A stretch of DNA of 39,985 bases. Origin: a virus (Duplodnaviria > Caudoviricetes). The translations under genes were made by a program, and so were the position numbers. The stretch covers positions 1 through 39,985 of the IMG/VR virus record IMGVR_UViG_3300044723_005541. The stretch is one strand, 5' to 3'. How positions within the stretch are numbered: the first letter of the stretch is position 1; each line of letters begins with the position of its first letter. The notes under the pieces are model-generated. The model worked only from the letters and a program-made list of their open reading frames with translations. It made no database searches and had not been told where the DNA came from. Below, one piece after another: positions 17,101 to 26,344 of the stretch.

Positions 17101-18388
17101 GAGAAGCAGAAAAAGTGTCACGCAGTTCGATTGTCTGATATGCATTACTCAGAGTAGAACCAGTAATATTGGGGAATCCAAAAACATTCTGGACATTGGA
17201 GAAGTTACCCATTTCAAATGGGATAATGACGTTCTGTGCATCTTTTGTAGCACGAGGTTTTTCAAGATCAACAAAAGAAGGAGCAAGTCTACTAACTCTA
17301 TAACCCTTGACGTATGCAATACCAGCACCAAACTCTACAGCATACTTTGCTTCATCGGCAGTATTGCCAGAGGATGTAGTCGAACCTTTTGCAAACACAC
17401 CGTTGTTAAAACCATCATCAAGATTTTCTCTAACTTTGATTGCAAAATCTCTAACAACATAGTTGCCAGACTCTTCATATGTTCTTAATGCAAGACCCTT
17501 CTCAAGTTCTTCATATGCACTTCTATCAACAAGTTTCTCTACCTTAGAAGCATTAATACGAAGCAGTTCGATGAAGTTCTTATCAGCATCATCAGTCAGA
17601 AGTTTTTTGATCAGTCTCGTGGTGATTCTAAATCTATGAGCACCAGGTGCAGCATAGTTAGATGTTCCAGCAGCGTTATCGTTGAGACTAAGGTCATCTT
17701 CTGGTGTGACAATAGACTCTTGAATATCGAGACCGATACGATAGGAGGGGTTGCTTCCATACTGGTCGAGAAGGATGTATTGATAATCTACATCAACAAA
17801 GAAACCGCGAATGAAGTAGACACCACTCTGAACATATGCAACAGAACCGACTTGTAGAGCAGCGGTAGGAAGTAACTGAGCAAAGGGAGAACCAACCTCA
17901 ATCAAAGTTGTACCGAACGTAATCTCGGCGTCGGTAATCAACTGTTCGTTGTTCTGGAAAGTCTCCTGATTAGCATTGACACCACCAGATTCAATGTACT
18001 TAACGTAAAGTGTGATGTAACCTTTATCAGACTCGGTAGAAGAAATACTATAAAGAACTTTTGCCTTAACACCTGTTGTAAGACCTTCAATAATCTTACC
18101 ATTCAACTGAGTTCTATATTCCTCAACATCAGCACCAAGGAACGACTCCTGAAGCATGATAGCAGCAACGTTCAGGTCATAACCAACTTGACCAGGGATG
18201 ACCATTGCGCCATCTTTGAACAAGTGAGAACCGACGTTTTCTACCTGATTCTGCAGAATACTCTGCATCGTAGTAAGTTCCCTTGCCTGAATAGGAAATC
18301 CAGGGCGGAACAGCACTCGATAAAAATTCTTGTCCTTATCGAAGTCGTCGTAATAAGGTGTGACGTTAAGGTTTGTGTTTTGTGCCAT
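11177..18388 (-). CDS. DUF4815 / VrlC-like large virion structural protein
   Basis: The N-terminus NLNVTPYYDDFDKDKNFYRVLFRPGFPIQARELTTMQSILQNQ, the internal RYTMRDIGALERRLDQVEYYTSL, RLKNGFIVDDF and DPLAQSF, and GVLFKSQNASTWTADQYEDLKF are characteristic of this family. It follows gp8 with a TAATG overlap. Confidence 0.85.
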   Translation of the reverse strand: MAQNTNLNVTPYYDDFDKDKNFYRVLFRPGFPIQARELTTMQSILQNQVENVGSHLFKDGAMVIPGQVGYDLNVAAIMLQESFLGADVEEYRTQLNGKIIEGLTTGVKAKVLYSISSTESDKGYITLYVKYIESGGVNANQETFQNNEQLITDAEITFGTTLIEVGSPFAQLLPTAALQVGSVAYVQSGVYFIRGFFVDVDYQYILLDQYGSNPSYRIGLDIQESIVTPEDDLSLNDNAAGTSNYAAPGAHRFRITTRLIKKLLTDDADKNFIELLRINASKVEKLVDRSAYEELEKGLALRTYEESGNYVVRDFAIKVRENLDDGFNNGVFAKGSTTSSGNTADEAKYAVEFGAGIAYVKGYRVSRLAPSFVDLEKPRATKDAQNVIIPFEMGNFSNVQNVFGFPNITGSTLSNAYQTIELRDTFSASQGSAAGNLIGFARVTSLQHMSDPDTTFGNADDRYKMNIMDVQMFGVLELTSAQTVSAGSLVVGASSGARAYLVNAISNSVRFDVYQIEGNFLENEMLTVDGENLDTIDSLHIYQYSDTRQVVARDETTSTIEFTADIVLEDAQIIEGSTFTYDATGGSEDITGLQSNFALDLRPGDEIYFNSTDFVVVDKIDPADVANTDIGNIFDYSNQVVNVTPGSSAPSAGTYTTLVRYRSKLFDIQNADLLSEMPKKYIKSIADESMVVRRTFDSQTVASNSVSITLPENEQFQSISNENYTITVLAGTNGTHPVGDQITIDTATPGNLGYTSFTSADRTTIQIDNLTNITSVKVTATISKNVTIRKTKSGNQMFILKVNKTDKNLDKQNYNLVYSNLYGTRIQDKELSLGLTDCYRMHAVYESNDDNDPVIPSVTLVEPTFFATGSIVTGRTSKARAKVVDFASGSLKLSLVYLSGQFVAGETLDGFDSNDDALTAIINDSEGSVVAGSKVVTDNYFLEVNQTGFIYNISKLVRKKGVAAPIRKLKIVLDYYTHSATGDYFGGQSYLDTTYSDIPFFGFKFLADYLDFRPGVKNLYSGTGTVASPAFVNCSTFDFKSRVFNVSGTPNATVFDVPKLESNFRCDFNWYLPRVDKVFVTPEGEFQVIKGKSEEAPQPPDEIAEGMLLATISHKPYGFDPEKDTVITRSDNKRYTMRDIGALERRLDQVEYYTSLNILESNTYNTQILDSSGKNRLKNGFIVDDFSDHGKSDTAHEDFAASLDFQYGECQASHYTTNIPLVINTSLSTNYQQTGPLITLPYTEKKLIEQPYASRVENINPFNVFTYIGRVTLTPGSDDWLDTSRIPAQVTQIEGDFEQTSSELNVDQNGFAPIQWRAWETNWSGERVVGSSTQRNSHWLAQDRGRSPNPGVWGGRGMRRINRVTTIEATGTATREGIRTRVIPRIDRQSLGDSVVSSVSIPWIRSRNIEVDVARLKPRTRFYSFFDGKQTIDYQIPKMIELIKDPAIDNRTNSTPFSIGETVTGLTSGCKFKVAAPNDFYRFNPYDDTELPTSYASTTAYLNIDTTELAKQAVGDFYGNFQVQEVLEGTSGARAVIKDRRLISDRFGKLKTSFFIPSPGVDTNPRWATGTRTLRLSTDENDSRLAGAVASAAETNYEASGTLNTVQENVLAVRNAEIVRDTVTQDRTVRSTRTELRQVGWYDPLAQSFIVDENGGAFITSVDVYFFKKDTNIPVSMQIRTMENGYPTTTILPFSDVSIEPDDVQLSETAAVSTRFTFDAPVFIPQSVEHCFVLLSDSNSYQIWISRMGDQDITGDRTISEQPYAGVLFKSQNASTWTADQYEDLKFVVNRAEFNNTVNSALILNNTVLARGNGGELNLRRDGIQTFTPELVLNLNSTTLPYTVGARIYQKTTNAEGTITKREVTVAGVLLTINDISGNWQQGSVNNNIVTNGIVSSKTTATITVTSASRTGATYSAGDTVTGATSGATAEVVSDDGGDTGTIVFRYVSKAFTAGETLEGDGTAGNVAFSAVTYAGDAVEAATISNAFPDATPTYASSQRKVKILHSNHCMHSTANNVKIEGAVSEVADTSLTASISASDTSVSVSDAAAFHKTINGVLISSSNVGYIKIGNEIMSYSAISNDNKTITINERGLDGTTAVSHADESVVECYNLDGIPLIEINKTHIGIQNPTLDSYELTTSSIARLGILGGGTNMYATQNVQYNLLIPQVERMLLPKTDITARINTISGTSINDGQTLSQASFSNDGVFNDVILGTDNYLDSPQLICSNINESNELSGAKSFRMDLTLSSLETNVSPVIDTDRLSATLVSSRINNPSDPNTAKLAVGDSHDAVYISRIADLTNPSGSIKVYFEGYRPPNSQIKVLYRVRPVGTATPIEELGFDFFPTEDAKIPATTERQLFREYEYEVSGLNFDQYQIKVVFVSPNQAYSPIIKDIRAIALAV

Positions 18389-19920
18389 TAGAACTCGATT
18401 ACGATTTTGATGTCTTCTACCTGGTCGTTTGCACGACTAATTGCTCTTCTATTATCTATGTAAACAACGTCACCGCTGTTTGACTTGATCTCGGGTTTTG
18501 CATACCCGTTGTTAAACTTCATACCCAAGTCATATTCGGTATTGTTGATAGTTCTAGAAGAAGAGTTAGGAACTGCAGGGAAGTTCACATCAGGTTGTCC
18601 AGCAGCACCAGATGTAGCACCACTAATGACGTTAGAACCATCAAACTCGTTTTGTGTACCTGTAACTTCAGGGAAGATACCATCAACAGAGTTCTGATAA
18701 TACTTCAGAACTTTAGTTGTAGGATTCCAAGAAATAACACGACCACGAGCAGTAACGTTTGTACCACCAACAACTCTTGTTTGAGTGATGATTTCATCAG
18801 GCACATAGTTGCCTTGGAATGTAGGGGAGAAGATAACTGCTTTAGCAGCAGAAACTGTCAAGTCAGAAATGAGTTCGGAAGTACCAAACTTGAGAGGATT
18901 GGTAACCAGACCAATACGACGATAGTCGTTATCGATAGGGAAGTCACCAGCACCTTCATCATAAGAAAGTTTTGCGTTGATCATGACACGGAAAGCGCCA
19001 ATCTCAACAACAGCATCGGCACCATGTCCACCAGGAGGAGGCATGATGACATCAACTTGTCCACTAGCACCTGTACCAATACCTGTGATGGCATCAATAC
19101 TAATCTTACCAAAGGTATAACCAGTACCACCAGAGGTCACAGTTGCAGAAATAATCTTACCACCATCAACAACGATAGAAACACGACCACCAGCACCGTC
19201 GCCATTGATGGCAACGTTGTCATAAGTACCATTGTTATAACCAGAACCTGCCGAGTTGATAACGACAGTATCGATTTCACCAGCGACTGCGTTAGTCCTT
19301 ACCGCATCATTGGTAAAGACGGGCATGTAATCGTTGGAGAAAAACTTGAGAACGGAAGCAACGGGAATCGTATACATGTACTTCCAACGATATCCATCAC
19401 CAGTAGTGATGATGCTGGTAGAAGTGCCAGTAGGTTCAACTGTAGAAGGTTTCCCATTCGGATCGGAAGGAGAAGTACCGTTATAGATGCACTTGTATAC
19501 TTGATACTGAGAGTTTACGACATAGAAGTCGGAATCATACAGTTTTGTTGCACCAGAGGAAGCAGTTTTACTGGGAGAATAGTCATGGCGGTACATATCA
19601 TAGGTAAAACCAAGTCCACCAGTAGTTTCTTCAGGAGATACCCAGTCAATACGACGAACAACTTGAACTGTATCCGAAGCGAGGACGCGCTTCAGAGAGA
19701 TCATGTCATCATATGAACCAGAGAACTCTTGGAAAGAATCAACTGCTTGAGGTGGAGAGTTTTCATTGTCCCACGTCTGAGGACGACCGATGAATAAGTA
19801 CAGACGATCTCTCGTTGCACCAGCAAGATCATCACTTTGAGTCGCAATAGGACCCTCAAGTGCTTTGATAAATTTTCTCGCAGAAAAAATCCTAAACTGA
19901 TCAGTAAGTAGAGCTGCCAT
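18388..19920 (-). CDS. gp8: baseplate wedge subunit (T4 gp8-like)
   Basis: LYLFIGRPQTW, VVRRIDW, YDMYRHDYS, FYVVNSQYQVYKC, DGYRWKYMYTI and a terminal SGDVVYIDNRRAISRANDQVEDIKIVIEF. Confidence 0.92.
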   Translation of the reverse strand: MAALLTDQFRIFSARKFIKALEGPIATQSDDLAGATRDRLYLFIGRPQTWDNENSPPQAVDSFQEFSGSYDDMISLKRVLASDTVQVVRRIDWVSPEETTGGLGFTYDMYRHDYSPSKTASSGATKLYDSDFYVVNSQYQVYKCIYNGTSPSDPNGKPSTVEPTGTSTSIITTGDGYRWKYMYTIPVASVLKFFSNDYMPVFTNDAVRTNAVAGEIDTVVINSAGSGYNNGTYDNVAINGDGAGGRVSIVVDGGKIISATVTSGGTGYTFGKISIDAITGIGTGASGQVDVIMPPPGGHGADAVVEIGAFRVMINAKLSYDEGAGDFPIDNDYRRIGLVTNPLKFGTSELISDLTVSAAKAVIFSPTFQGNYVPDEIITQTRVVGGTNVTARGRVISWNPTTKVLKYYQNSVDGIFPEVTGTQNEFDGSNVISGATSGAAGQPDVNFPAVPNSSSRTINNTEYDLGMKFNNGYAKPEIKSNSGDVVYIDNRRAISRANDQVEDIKIVIEF

Positions 19921-19946
19921 TTCCTAGGTGCTATTGTCCTCTTGTT

Positions 19947-19954
19947 TATTTATG
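19947..19954 (-). promoter_or_regulatory. T4-type late promoter (CATAAATA) for gp8, overlapping the upstream stop codon
   Basis: Plus-strand tatttatg, about 27 nt upstream of the gp8 ATG. Confidence 0.8.
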
Positions 19955-22900
19955 CGGAATCTGAGCGGACCAATGTCACATACTCAATGCTCTTGATTCT
20001 ATACGAACCGCCACCGTTACCAACTGCCAGTTCTCCGCCAAGAACTGCCTGAGCAGATGCACCAGATCCAGTTGTATCGGATACATCATTAGTAAAGGTG
20101 ATCGTAGGATGGAGACTGTAACCAGCATCAACTGTTTGAGGGATTCCGTATCCTCCATTTGTGATTGAAATCGACGCAACCTGGTCACCTGCAGCAGTAA
20201 GATTTACTGTTCCAGTTGCCTGAATATCTCCAGTATTTTCAACTGTAATAGTTGGAGCAACAGTATAGTTTGTTCCATTATCTGTAATAACAAAATCAAC
20301 GATAGTGCTATTATGAGAGAATTCATACAGGAATCCGTTGACACCAAGTGCAACGTTATTCAAGTTATAAGGAACAATATCCTTAAGTGTAAGTTTCTTA
20401 GTGTTATTATCCCAAGAAACAACTGTTCCTTTAACACCAGAAACATCACCAGTGACAAGTTCATTTACTTGGAAAGTACCACTACCACTACCAAGAGTTA
20501 GAACAACTTGTGCAACGTGCTCAACGCCATCACTCAGTCCACCTGCCGCAATGACGGTTGCAAACTTGAATGGTATAGATGCGTCTTTGATACTATCGCC
20601 AACTTGGAACAATGTAGTATTCTGACCACCTTGTGTCTCTTCAATACCATATAGAGAGTTATAGATACCACCATCGAGATTGATTTGATCGGCAAAGGTA
20701 GTTCCAGCATTGAGAAGATCGGGAATACCATCACCAGCACCATCATTTTCATCATCATCCTCAAAGGTTCTATTTTGAATAGTTCCGATAGGATATGTCA
20801 AAGTAATAATAGTGGAATCGGTTTCTTCGATAACTGTATGAGGAAGAACACCAGTACCAGAACTATTAGCAACGCCAGCATCAAACTGAACAATTGCATC
20901 TTCAGTAGAAGGAATACCAGCATCAATAAATGCCAGTTCATCGACTTCAAACGTAACTAACAGTTCTCTTGTCGCAGGATCCCAGTCATAGACTTTAGCA
21001 ACTTTGTTGCCCGCATTCTCAACCCTACGGATTACTCGGTCACCAACATTAAAGCCGTAAGTGGAAACTCCATCACCATCGTTCTGTCCTGTGTCAAGAA
21101 TGATTCTCTGATCATATTTGAAGTTTACACCTCTAGTTAGTCCTGTAAATCTACCCCTGCTCTTCGCAGTATATGTAATGGTCTCTTTATTAACGATAAG
21201 TTGACCAGAACCAGCATATGCATCAGTAGATGTGACAAAAATCTGCGTGTCTTGAGATCCAAGAGTTTTGGTAAGACCAGTAAGATAGATGTCAGTTGAG
21301 TTAAATGCTTGACGTGATCTTGTCTTACGTTTGAGATTAACGAGTTTTGTGAAGACAATATTTGGAGGAGAGGTGTATCCTTCACCAGGGTCAAGAACAT
21401 TAATCCCAGTAATCTCACCTTGACTAATGACTGCTTCTGCCTTAGCACCAATGCCACCACCACCAGTGATGAGAATAAAAGGAGGTTCTTGATAGAACTC
21501 ACCAGGATCTACCACACTGATAGAGGTAACCTTACCAAGAGTATCGATTTGAGCAGCACCCTCAGCACCTTGTCCACCACCACCTTCAAAGATGAGGTTG
21601 GGTGGTGTAGCATAACTTCTACCCTGATTTAGCAGAGACAGACCAGTGACAGTTTGAGTTACGGGAGTTGCTTTTGCCCCTGTTCCTTCACCACCAAGAA
21701 TAACTGCTTTTGCAGAACCGAAGAAACTGTCACCCTTCTTCGTCATCTTAATGTATGAAATCGTTCCATCATTATTCAGAATGATGTCACCAGATGCCTG
21801 TGTTGGGAAAGAAGATACAAGATTGGGAACAGTATCACCTTCAAATAAAGGAACGCTGTAATACTTAGGACCAATCGCATATGGATACTGAGGAATACCA
21901 GATTGATCCTCAGTCATGAAGTATGCATATGTACCATTAGGATACTCAGGAGTGGGTCCAAACTTACCATTGAACTCATCAAGAGATTCCACAGAAGCAA
22001 TGTCAACAACATATCCTGACGCACCTGCTAAACTTGGATCGTCTTGTGCTGGTGTATTACCATCTTGGAATATGCTTCTAATAGTAGCAAGTGATGGTTT
22101 ACTAATAACTGGAGCAATGTATGTGTTATGGAATGCATAACCTAATGGGTTATTTGCTTGAATACCTGCTTGGGTACGCATTGAATCACTCCATTCTGGA
22201 GCAAGACTTCCGCCCTCCCATAGTTCTGTATATTCAAACATACAGAAGTTTAGTAAGTATAAGTATTCTTTAGCCGCTACTGCAAACGCATCTGCATCTG
22301 TTTTCCAAGCATTTCCACCATATCCTGATGAATCCCAAAAACCTCCGTCATATGCTTCTTCCATTGCTGCATATAAATCACCTGTCTGCCAATCACTTGC
22401 TAAGTAACTGTATAATTTAATGTCATCTGCAGGTAATCCATGCATGTGCAATGTGTGGAAAACGTGTTCAATGACTTCTTGTGCATCGTTGTCTCCGTCT
22501 CCGTAACCATCACCAGTTGAGTTCAAGTACCACACCATGTCATTTTGTACAGTGGTGTCAAATAAGTCAGTTAAGTTCCAATCAATAATACCTTGGTCAG
22601 TTAGGAAGTTTGGAGTATAGTCTGCTCCTGCACCTCTTGCTACTCTTTGAATAGTTGGTTTACCTGCGTGGTAAGTTCCCGAGTCACCACTCAATGTTTT
22701 GATCAAGTTTCTTTGGGATGTTTCATTAATACCTGCACCATTTACATCTGTAAACAGTTCAACCATACGAGCAACTTTTTCTAACCATGCATCTGGAACT
22801 GCTGTTTGACCACCTACTGTGCCAGCACCCATTATTCTTACGCCGTTAGTTGTAACTTCACGCTTGAAGAAATCACTACCATCACCAACAACATTAACAA

Positions 22901-25085
22901 TTGGACCATTGTTATATTCTGGATCTAAACTACTACCACCAATAGTAGCATCATAGATGTAGTCTTGAGTCAAATCACCAAGAATATATCCCTCGTTAAC
23001 AAGACGGATACCATGACCAGAATCGAGATATGAGAATACATATGCAACACGAGGTGCATTCACAGGAATAGTGATTCTGATTTCTCTTGCTGTAGCAGTA
23101 TTAAATCCTTGCAGATATTCTAGTTTTGTAACTGCAGATCCCTCTAGGTGGTAAGTTACTGAATCTTCACCAGTATATAAGTATGCCTCACTGCCAATGT
23201 TCGCAGGATCTCCTGTACCATGCCATCCGTCATTCGACAGAGAGAAGAACAGATAATGACTATCATTTGAAGAATCGTCTTGATTAAAGGCATATGTCTT
23301 ACCTCTCTTCAAAGTCAAAAGTTGTTCTTCTTGCCCACCAACATAGAACTTATTATTAGAAACAGTAATAGTATACGTTACCGTACTTGCAGTGACAACT
23401 TCTTCTCTAGTACCAGGAAGTTCTTCTGTAGTTCTTAATCTGTAAGCACTAATCATTTTGCCTACAGTTCTACCTGTAGTGTATCCATATGGACCGTAGA
23501 TGGGGTATCCATCAAAGGACATACCCAGAACCTTAGAGTGACCGTTTACGTGCCTAGAACGGTCAATGGTTGCTGGATCGTTAGAATCAGATTGATAATA
23601 GTTCTCAACATAATAGTTATTTACAATGTCCTCATCTTCAATAGTGGGATCGAGAATCATATAACCCTCGTCACCATCATATCCAGACATGTAACGATGG
23701 ACTTTGCAATAGTAATAGATGCGGTTAGTTTCATCCGCATTCATCATGAATATAGGTCTGAACTCGTTCTCGTAATCAGTAGCAGGAGCAGCAGATGAAC
23801 CAGTGCTGTTGTAATACAAAGTGCCACCAGTTAGCAGACCGTCTTGAGTCGTGCTGAACTGCATTGGATGACCTAAGGTATGCATTGCACTAGGTTGATT
23901 TGTAGAATCATCCTGATTCCAAACAATCAGATAGTTTCTCTTGACCCTGACATTTTCTGGAGCAAAATAATACTGACCAGGAACAAAAGGACCGAATTCG
24001 GTAGCATCGGCACCAAAATCAATATAGAAAATACCGTTAGGGAACATTATTGGATCTGTATTGACTCGCATACCAAATCCTGTAGAACCAAGAAGAAGGT
24101 CGCCATCTTCAAATGTTCCTGTAACGTCTCTGAGGTAAACTCTAGTGATTACATTTTGACCGTTCCTAACAATCTTTGCAATCTCACCACGAGCACTTCC
24201 ACCAATTTCAGTTACAGTTCTACCAACTTCAACTTCAGATAATGTTTCGTCAATATTATTGACTGTCAACATCACATTATCAAACTCTACCTTAATATTC
24301 CAGACAAACTGCTCAAACTTACCCCATTCAAATACACCATTGGTATCTTTAAACTCATTTATCAGTTTACTTGTTTGATAATAATGAATATTGTTATCAA
24401 CAATAACATCATTAGCATTCGTATCCTTTACATAATCATACTTTACAGTATCAATAGAAAAGTTGATTGGAGCATTGCCAACCGTTCCCCATTCGGGAGT
24501 GTGAAGAAGACCACCGTTCGCTAAAATACCAAGCGACTTATTATTTTGTCCTGTTCTAGTTCCAGGATTAGGAACGTCTTTACCGCCCCTGTAAATGAAT
24601 ACCTGATCAAAAGAACGATCTACAAGAGGACCACCACCAGGAACCGCCTCTGCACTTGTCCAGGTAGGTTTGGGATGGTTATCTGATTCAATACGAAGTC
24701 TATCATTCTTAACAGGAGGTACACCAGCAGTTTGAAAAGTGCCTCTAGTCAATGAGTTAGGATGTCTCTGCCAGATTCTATTGACATCAAAAGAATCTAA
24801 AACACTGGGTGTTTCGGAAGTAGGAACAATCTGAAGTCTTAAGGGGTCGTATCCTCTACCCCTTTCAAGAACACGGACATGAATGATTTTACCCGAGTCT
24901 GCGTCGATAATAGGATACAATAACGCCTCTCGTTCAGGCGTCCCGCAACCATCGATAGTTAGTCTAGGTGGATCTGCAGGATCATACCCACTACCACTGT
25001 TGATTAACTCAACTGCGCGTACACCAAAAACTTCATCGAAGATTGGCTTGATTACTGCGCCAGATCCAGGAACTGTTCTTGCCAT
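19950..25085 (-). CDS. large baseplate-region protein with a split YHYH-like domain, cupredoxin-like module(s) and a zincin-like insert
   Basis: [20 protein letters not shown] and [24 protein letters not shown]...YPYAIG match the YHYH-domain C-terminal half. Also present are GHPMQF...[22 protein letters not shown] and GxGYxxPP/GGGGxGA structural repeats. Confidence 0.75.
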   Translation of the reverse strand: MARTVPGSGAVIKPIFDEVFGVRAVELINSGSGYDPADPPRLTIDGCGTPEREALLYPIIDADSGKIIHVRVLERGRGYDPLRLQIVPTSETPSVLDSFDVNRIWQRHPNSLTRGTFQTAGVPPVKNDRLRIESDNHPKPTWTSAEAVPGGGPLVDRSFDQVFIYRGGKDVPNPGTRTGQNNKSLGILANGGLLHTPEWGTVGNAPINFSIDTVKYDYVKDTNANDVIVDNNIHYYQTSKLINEFKDTNGVFEWGKFEQFVWNIKVEFDNVMLTVNNIDETLSEVEVGRTVTEIGGSARGEIAKIVRNGQNVITRVYLRDVTGTFEDGDLLLGSTGFGMRVNTDPIMFPNGIFYIDFGADATEFGPFVPGQYYFAPENVRVKRNYLIVWNQDDSTNQPSAMHTLGHPMQFSTTQDGLLTGGTLYYNSTGSSAAPATDYENEFRPIFMMNADETNRIYYYCKVHRYMSGYDGDEGYMILDPTIEDEDIVNNYYVENYYQSDSNDPATIDRSRHVNGHSKVLGMSFDGYPIYGPYGYTTGRTVGKMISAYRLRTTEELPGTREEVVTASTVTYTITVSNNKFYVGGQEEQLLTLKRGKTYAFNQDDSSNDSHYLFFSLSNDGWHGTGDPANIGSEAYLYTGEDSVTYHLEGSAVTKLEYLQGFNTATAREIRITIPVNAPRVAYVFSYLDSGHGIRLVNEGYILGDLTQDYIYDATIGGSSLDPEYNNGPIVNVVGDGSDFFKREVTTNGVRIMGAGTVGGQTAVPDAWLEKVARMVELFTDVNGAGINETSQRNLIKTLSGDSGTYHAGKPTIQRVARGAGADYTPNFLTDQGIIDWNLTDLFDTTVQNDMVWYLNSTGDGYGDGDNDAQEVIEHVFHTLHMHGLPADDIKLYSYLASDWQTGDLYAAMEEAYDGGFWDSSGYGGNAWKTDADAFAVAAKEYLYLLNFCMFEYTELWEGGSLAPEWSDSMRTQAGIQANNPLGYAFHNTYIAPVISKPSLATIRSIFQDGNTPAQDDPSLAGASGYVVDIASVESLDEFNGKFGPTPEYPNGTYAYFMTEDQSGIPQYPYAIGPKYYSVPLFEGDTVPNLVSSFPTQASGDIILNNDGTISYIKMTKKGDSFFGSAKAVILGGEGTGAKATPVTQTVTGLSLLNQGRSYATPPNLIFEGGGGQGAEGAAQIDTLGKVTSISVVDPGEFYQEPPFILITGGGGIGAKAEAVISQGEITGINVLDPGEGYTSPPNIVFTKLVNLKRKTRSRQAFNSTDIYLTGLTKTLGSQDTQIFVTSTDAYAGSGQLIVNKETITYTAKSRGRFTGLTRGVNFKYDQRIILDTGQNDGDGVSTYGFNVGDRVIRRVENAGNKVAKVYDWDPATRELLVTFEVDELAFIDAGIPSTEDAIVQFDAGVANSSGTGVLPHTVIEETDSTIITLTYPIGTIQNRTFEDDDENDGAGDGIPDLLNAGTTFADQINLDGGIYNSLYGIEETQGGQNTTLFQVGDSIKDASIPFKFATVIAAGGLSDGVEHVAQVVLTLGSGSGTFQVNELVTGDVSGVKGTVVSWDNNTKKLTLKDIVPYNLNNVALGVNGFLYEFSHNSTIVDFVITDNGTNYTVAPTITVENTGDIQATGTVNLTAAGDQVASISITNGGYGIPQTVDAGYSLHPTITFTNDVSDTTGSGASAQAVLGGELAVGNGGGSYRIKSIEYVTLVRSDSA

Positions 25086-25091
25086 TTATCC

Positions 25092-26324
25092 TCAACTTAC
25101 GACGTTAATTGTACCTTGCATATTCGCATGGAGTGTACACTGATAATACAGTGTATTAGGAGCATCCATAGGGATAGTCCAGTAGAGAATCGAAGAACCG
25201 CTACCACTCTGACCAGTAGTGTATGGAGTACCAGTCAAACCTTGAGTTGACTGGATCCTGAAGGGGTGACCACCACCTTCGATCGTATTATCAAACGCAT
25301 AAGTGAACCCTCTGTAAACATACAGCGTTGGGTCACGAACTGTACCATCAAATCCAGGACCAGCAAAGAAGTAATCATTGCTAGCATTTTCTATGGGAAC
25401 AGTCAGTTCCCACCAAATCATAGGACTTCCACCCTGAGATCTAACCCAGTTGGTTCCGTTCCAGTATATATTGTCGCCTTGAGTGAGACCATTTGTATCA
25501 GTATCAGTCAGAGCAGCAAACGTAGTAGTAAGAGTGCCACTAAAGTCAACAGTCAATGTGTCACCAGAAACTGATGTTGTGATGTTAGTGCCACCAGCAA
25601 TAGTCAATGTATCTGTTGCACTATCTGCATTGGTGCTTCCAGTATCACCAGCAACAGTTGCAAAGATATTCTGCTCACCTGCACCAGCAACATCATCACC
25701 AGGGATGAACTTATTGGTAGCAGCATTCCACTTTAAGACCTGATTGTTGGTAGGAGCATTAGATGTAAGGTCAACATCACTTAAGTCGTCAAGACTGGAA
25801 TATTCAGTGATAAGTTTTGCTCTCACATCACCAACACCACCAGTTGCAATGTTGATGTTTACATATGGATCGTCAGCGCCATCGATCGTGAAGAAATATC
25901 CAGGGTAATCTGCTGCAGCAGGAGCAGCACCAAGCGATGTATATTCATTCTTATACTTCACTTGCGTTGGCATATCAATAGTAGCACCAAACGTTGAAGT
26001 GATACTATTAGATGCTAGGGTAATAACGCCCACGCCGTTTGCAGCAATGGGGATATTTCCATTACTAGAAGAGATGATAGAGTTACCATTGACATCCAAA
26101 GCAGATGTCAAGTTACTATAATCAGCAGCAACAAAGTTGGTGCCATTATAACGGAGAACCTGACCCGAAGAAGGGTTCAGCAAACTAACCGTTAAGTTCA
26201 CTCCATTTCCTAGAGCAGAATATAACTCATTAAAGTTGTCATTAATTTTATCACCACCAATACGGAGGGTGTCCCCCGTATTGTCATTAGCAGAAGCTCC
26301 AAGGTTTAGTGCTTGTTTAGCCAT
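25092..26324 (-). CDS. gp9/gp10-like baseplate-fibre connector with a C-terminal cupredoxin-like domain
   Basis: The N-terminus KQALNLGASANDNTGDTLRIGGDKINDNFNELY matches the T4 gp9/gp10 N-terminal motif. It has LxDxD...QVLxW/YNG fibre repeats and a C-terminal GHPF...YYQCTLHANMQGTINV. Confidence 0.8.
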   Translation of the reverse strand: MAKQALNLGASANDNTGDTLRIGGDKINDNFNELYSALGNGVNLTVSLLNPSSGQVLRYNGTNFVAADYSNLTSALDVNGNSIISSSNGNIPIAANGVGVITLASNSITSTFGATIDMPTQVKYKNEYTSLGAAPAAADYPGYFFTIDGADDPYVNINIATGGVGDVRAKLITEYSSLDDLSDVDLTSNAPTNNQVLKWNAATNKFIPGDDVAGAGEQNIFATVAGDTGSTNADSATDTLTIAGGTNITTSVSGDTLTVDFSGTLTTTFAALTDTDTNGLTQGDNIYWNGTNWVRSQGGSPMIWWELTVPIENASNDYFFAGPGFDGTVRDPTLYVYRGFTYAFDNTIEGGGHPFRIQSTQGLTGTPYTTGQSGSGSSILYWTIPMDAPNTLYYQCTLHANMQGTINVVS

Positions 26325-26344
26325 TACTTACTGGAATTTTTAGT

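Noticed and set aside
11177-18388. Virulence function implied by the 'VrlC' name
   Set aside because: The name is historical, from a phage-like locus. The context here indicates a virion structural protein.
21987-22949. Intein or intron explanation for the insert
   Set aside because: There is no terminal His-Asn followed by C/S/T, no LAGLIDADG/HNH motifs and no stops. The two flanking SLD peptides use different codons, so there is no DNA target-site duplication.
25083-25090. Late promoter in front of the 1711-aa gene (GATAAATG)
   Set aside because: It mismatches the consensus at the last base and overlaps the start codon itself, so it could not produce a full transcript.
25095-25340. Host-derived plastocyanin gene (petE)
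   Set aside because: It is fused to a structural protein, has no signal peptide, and the loop spacing is CxxHxxM rather than CxxHxxxxM.
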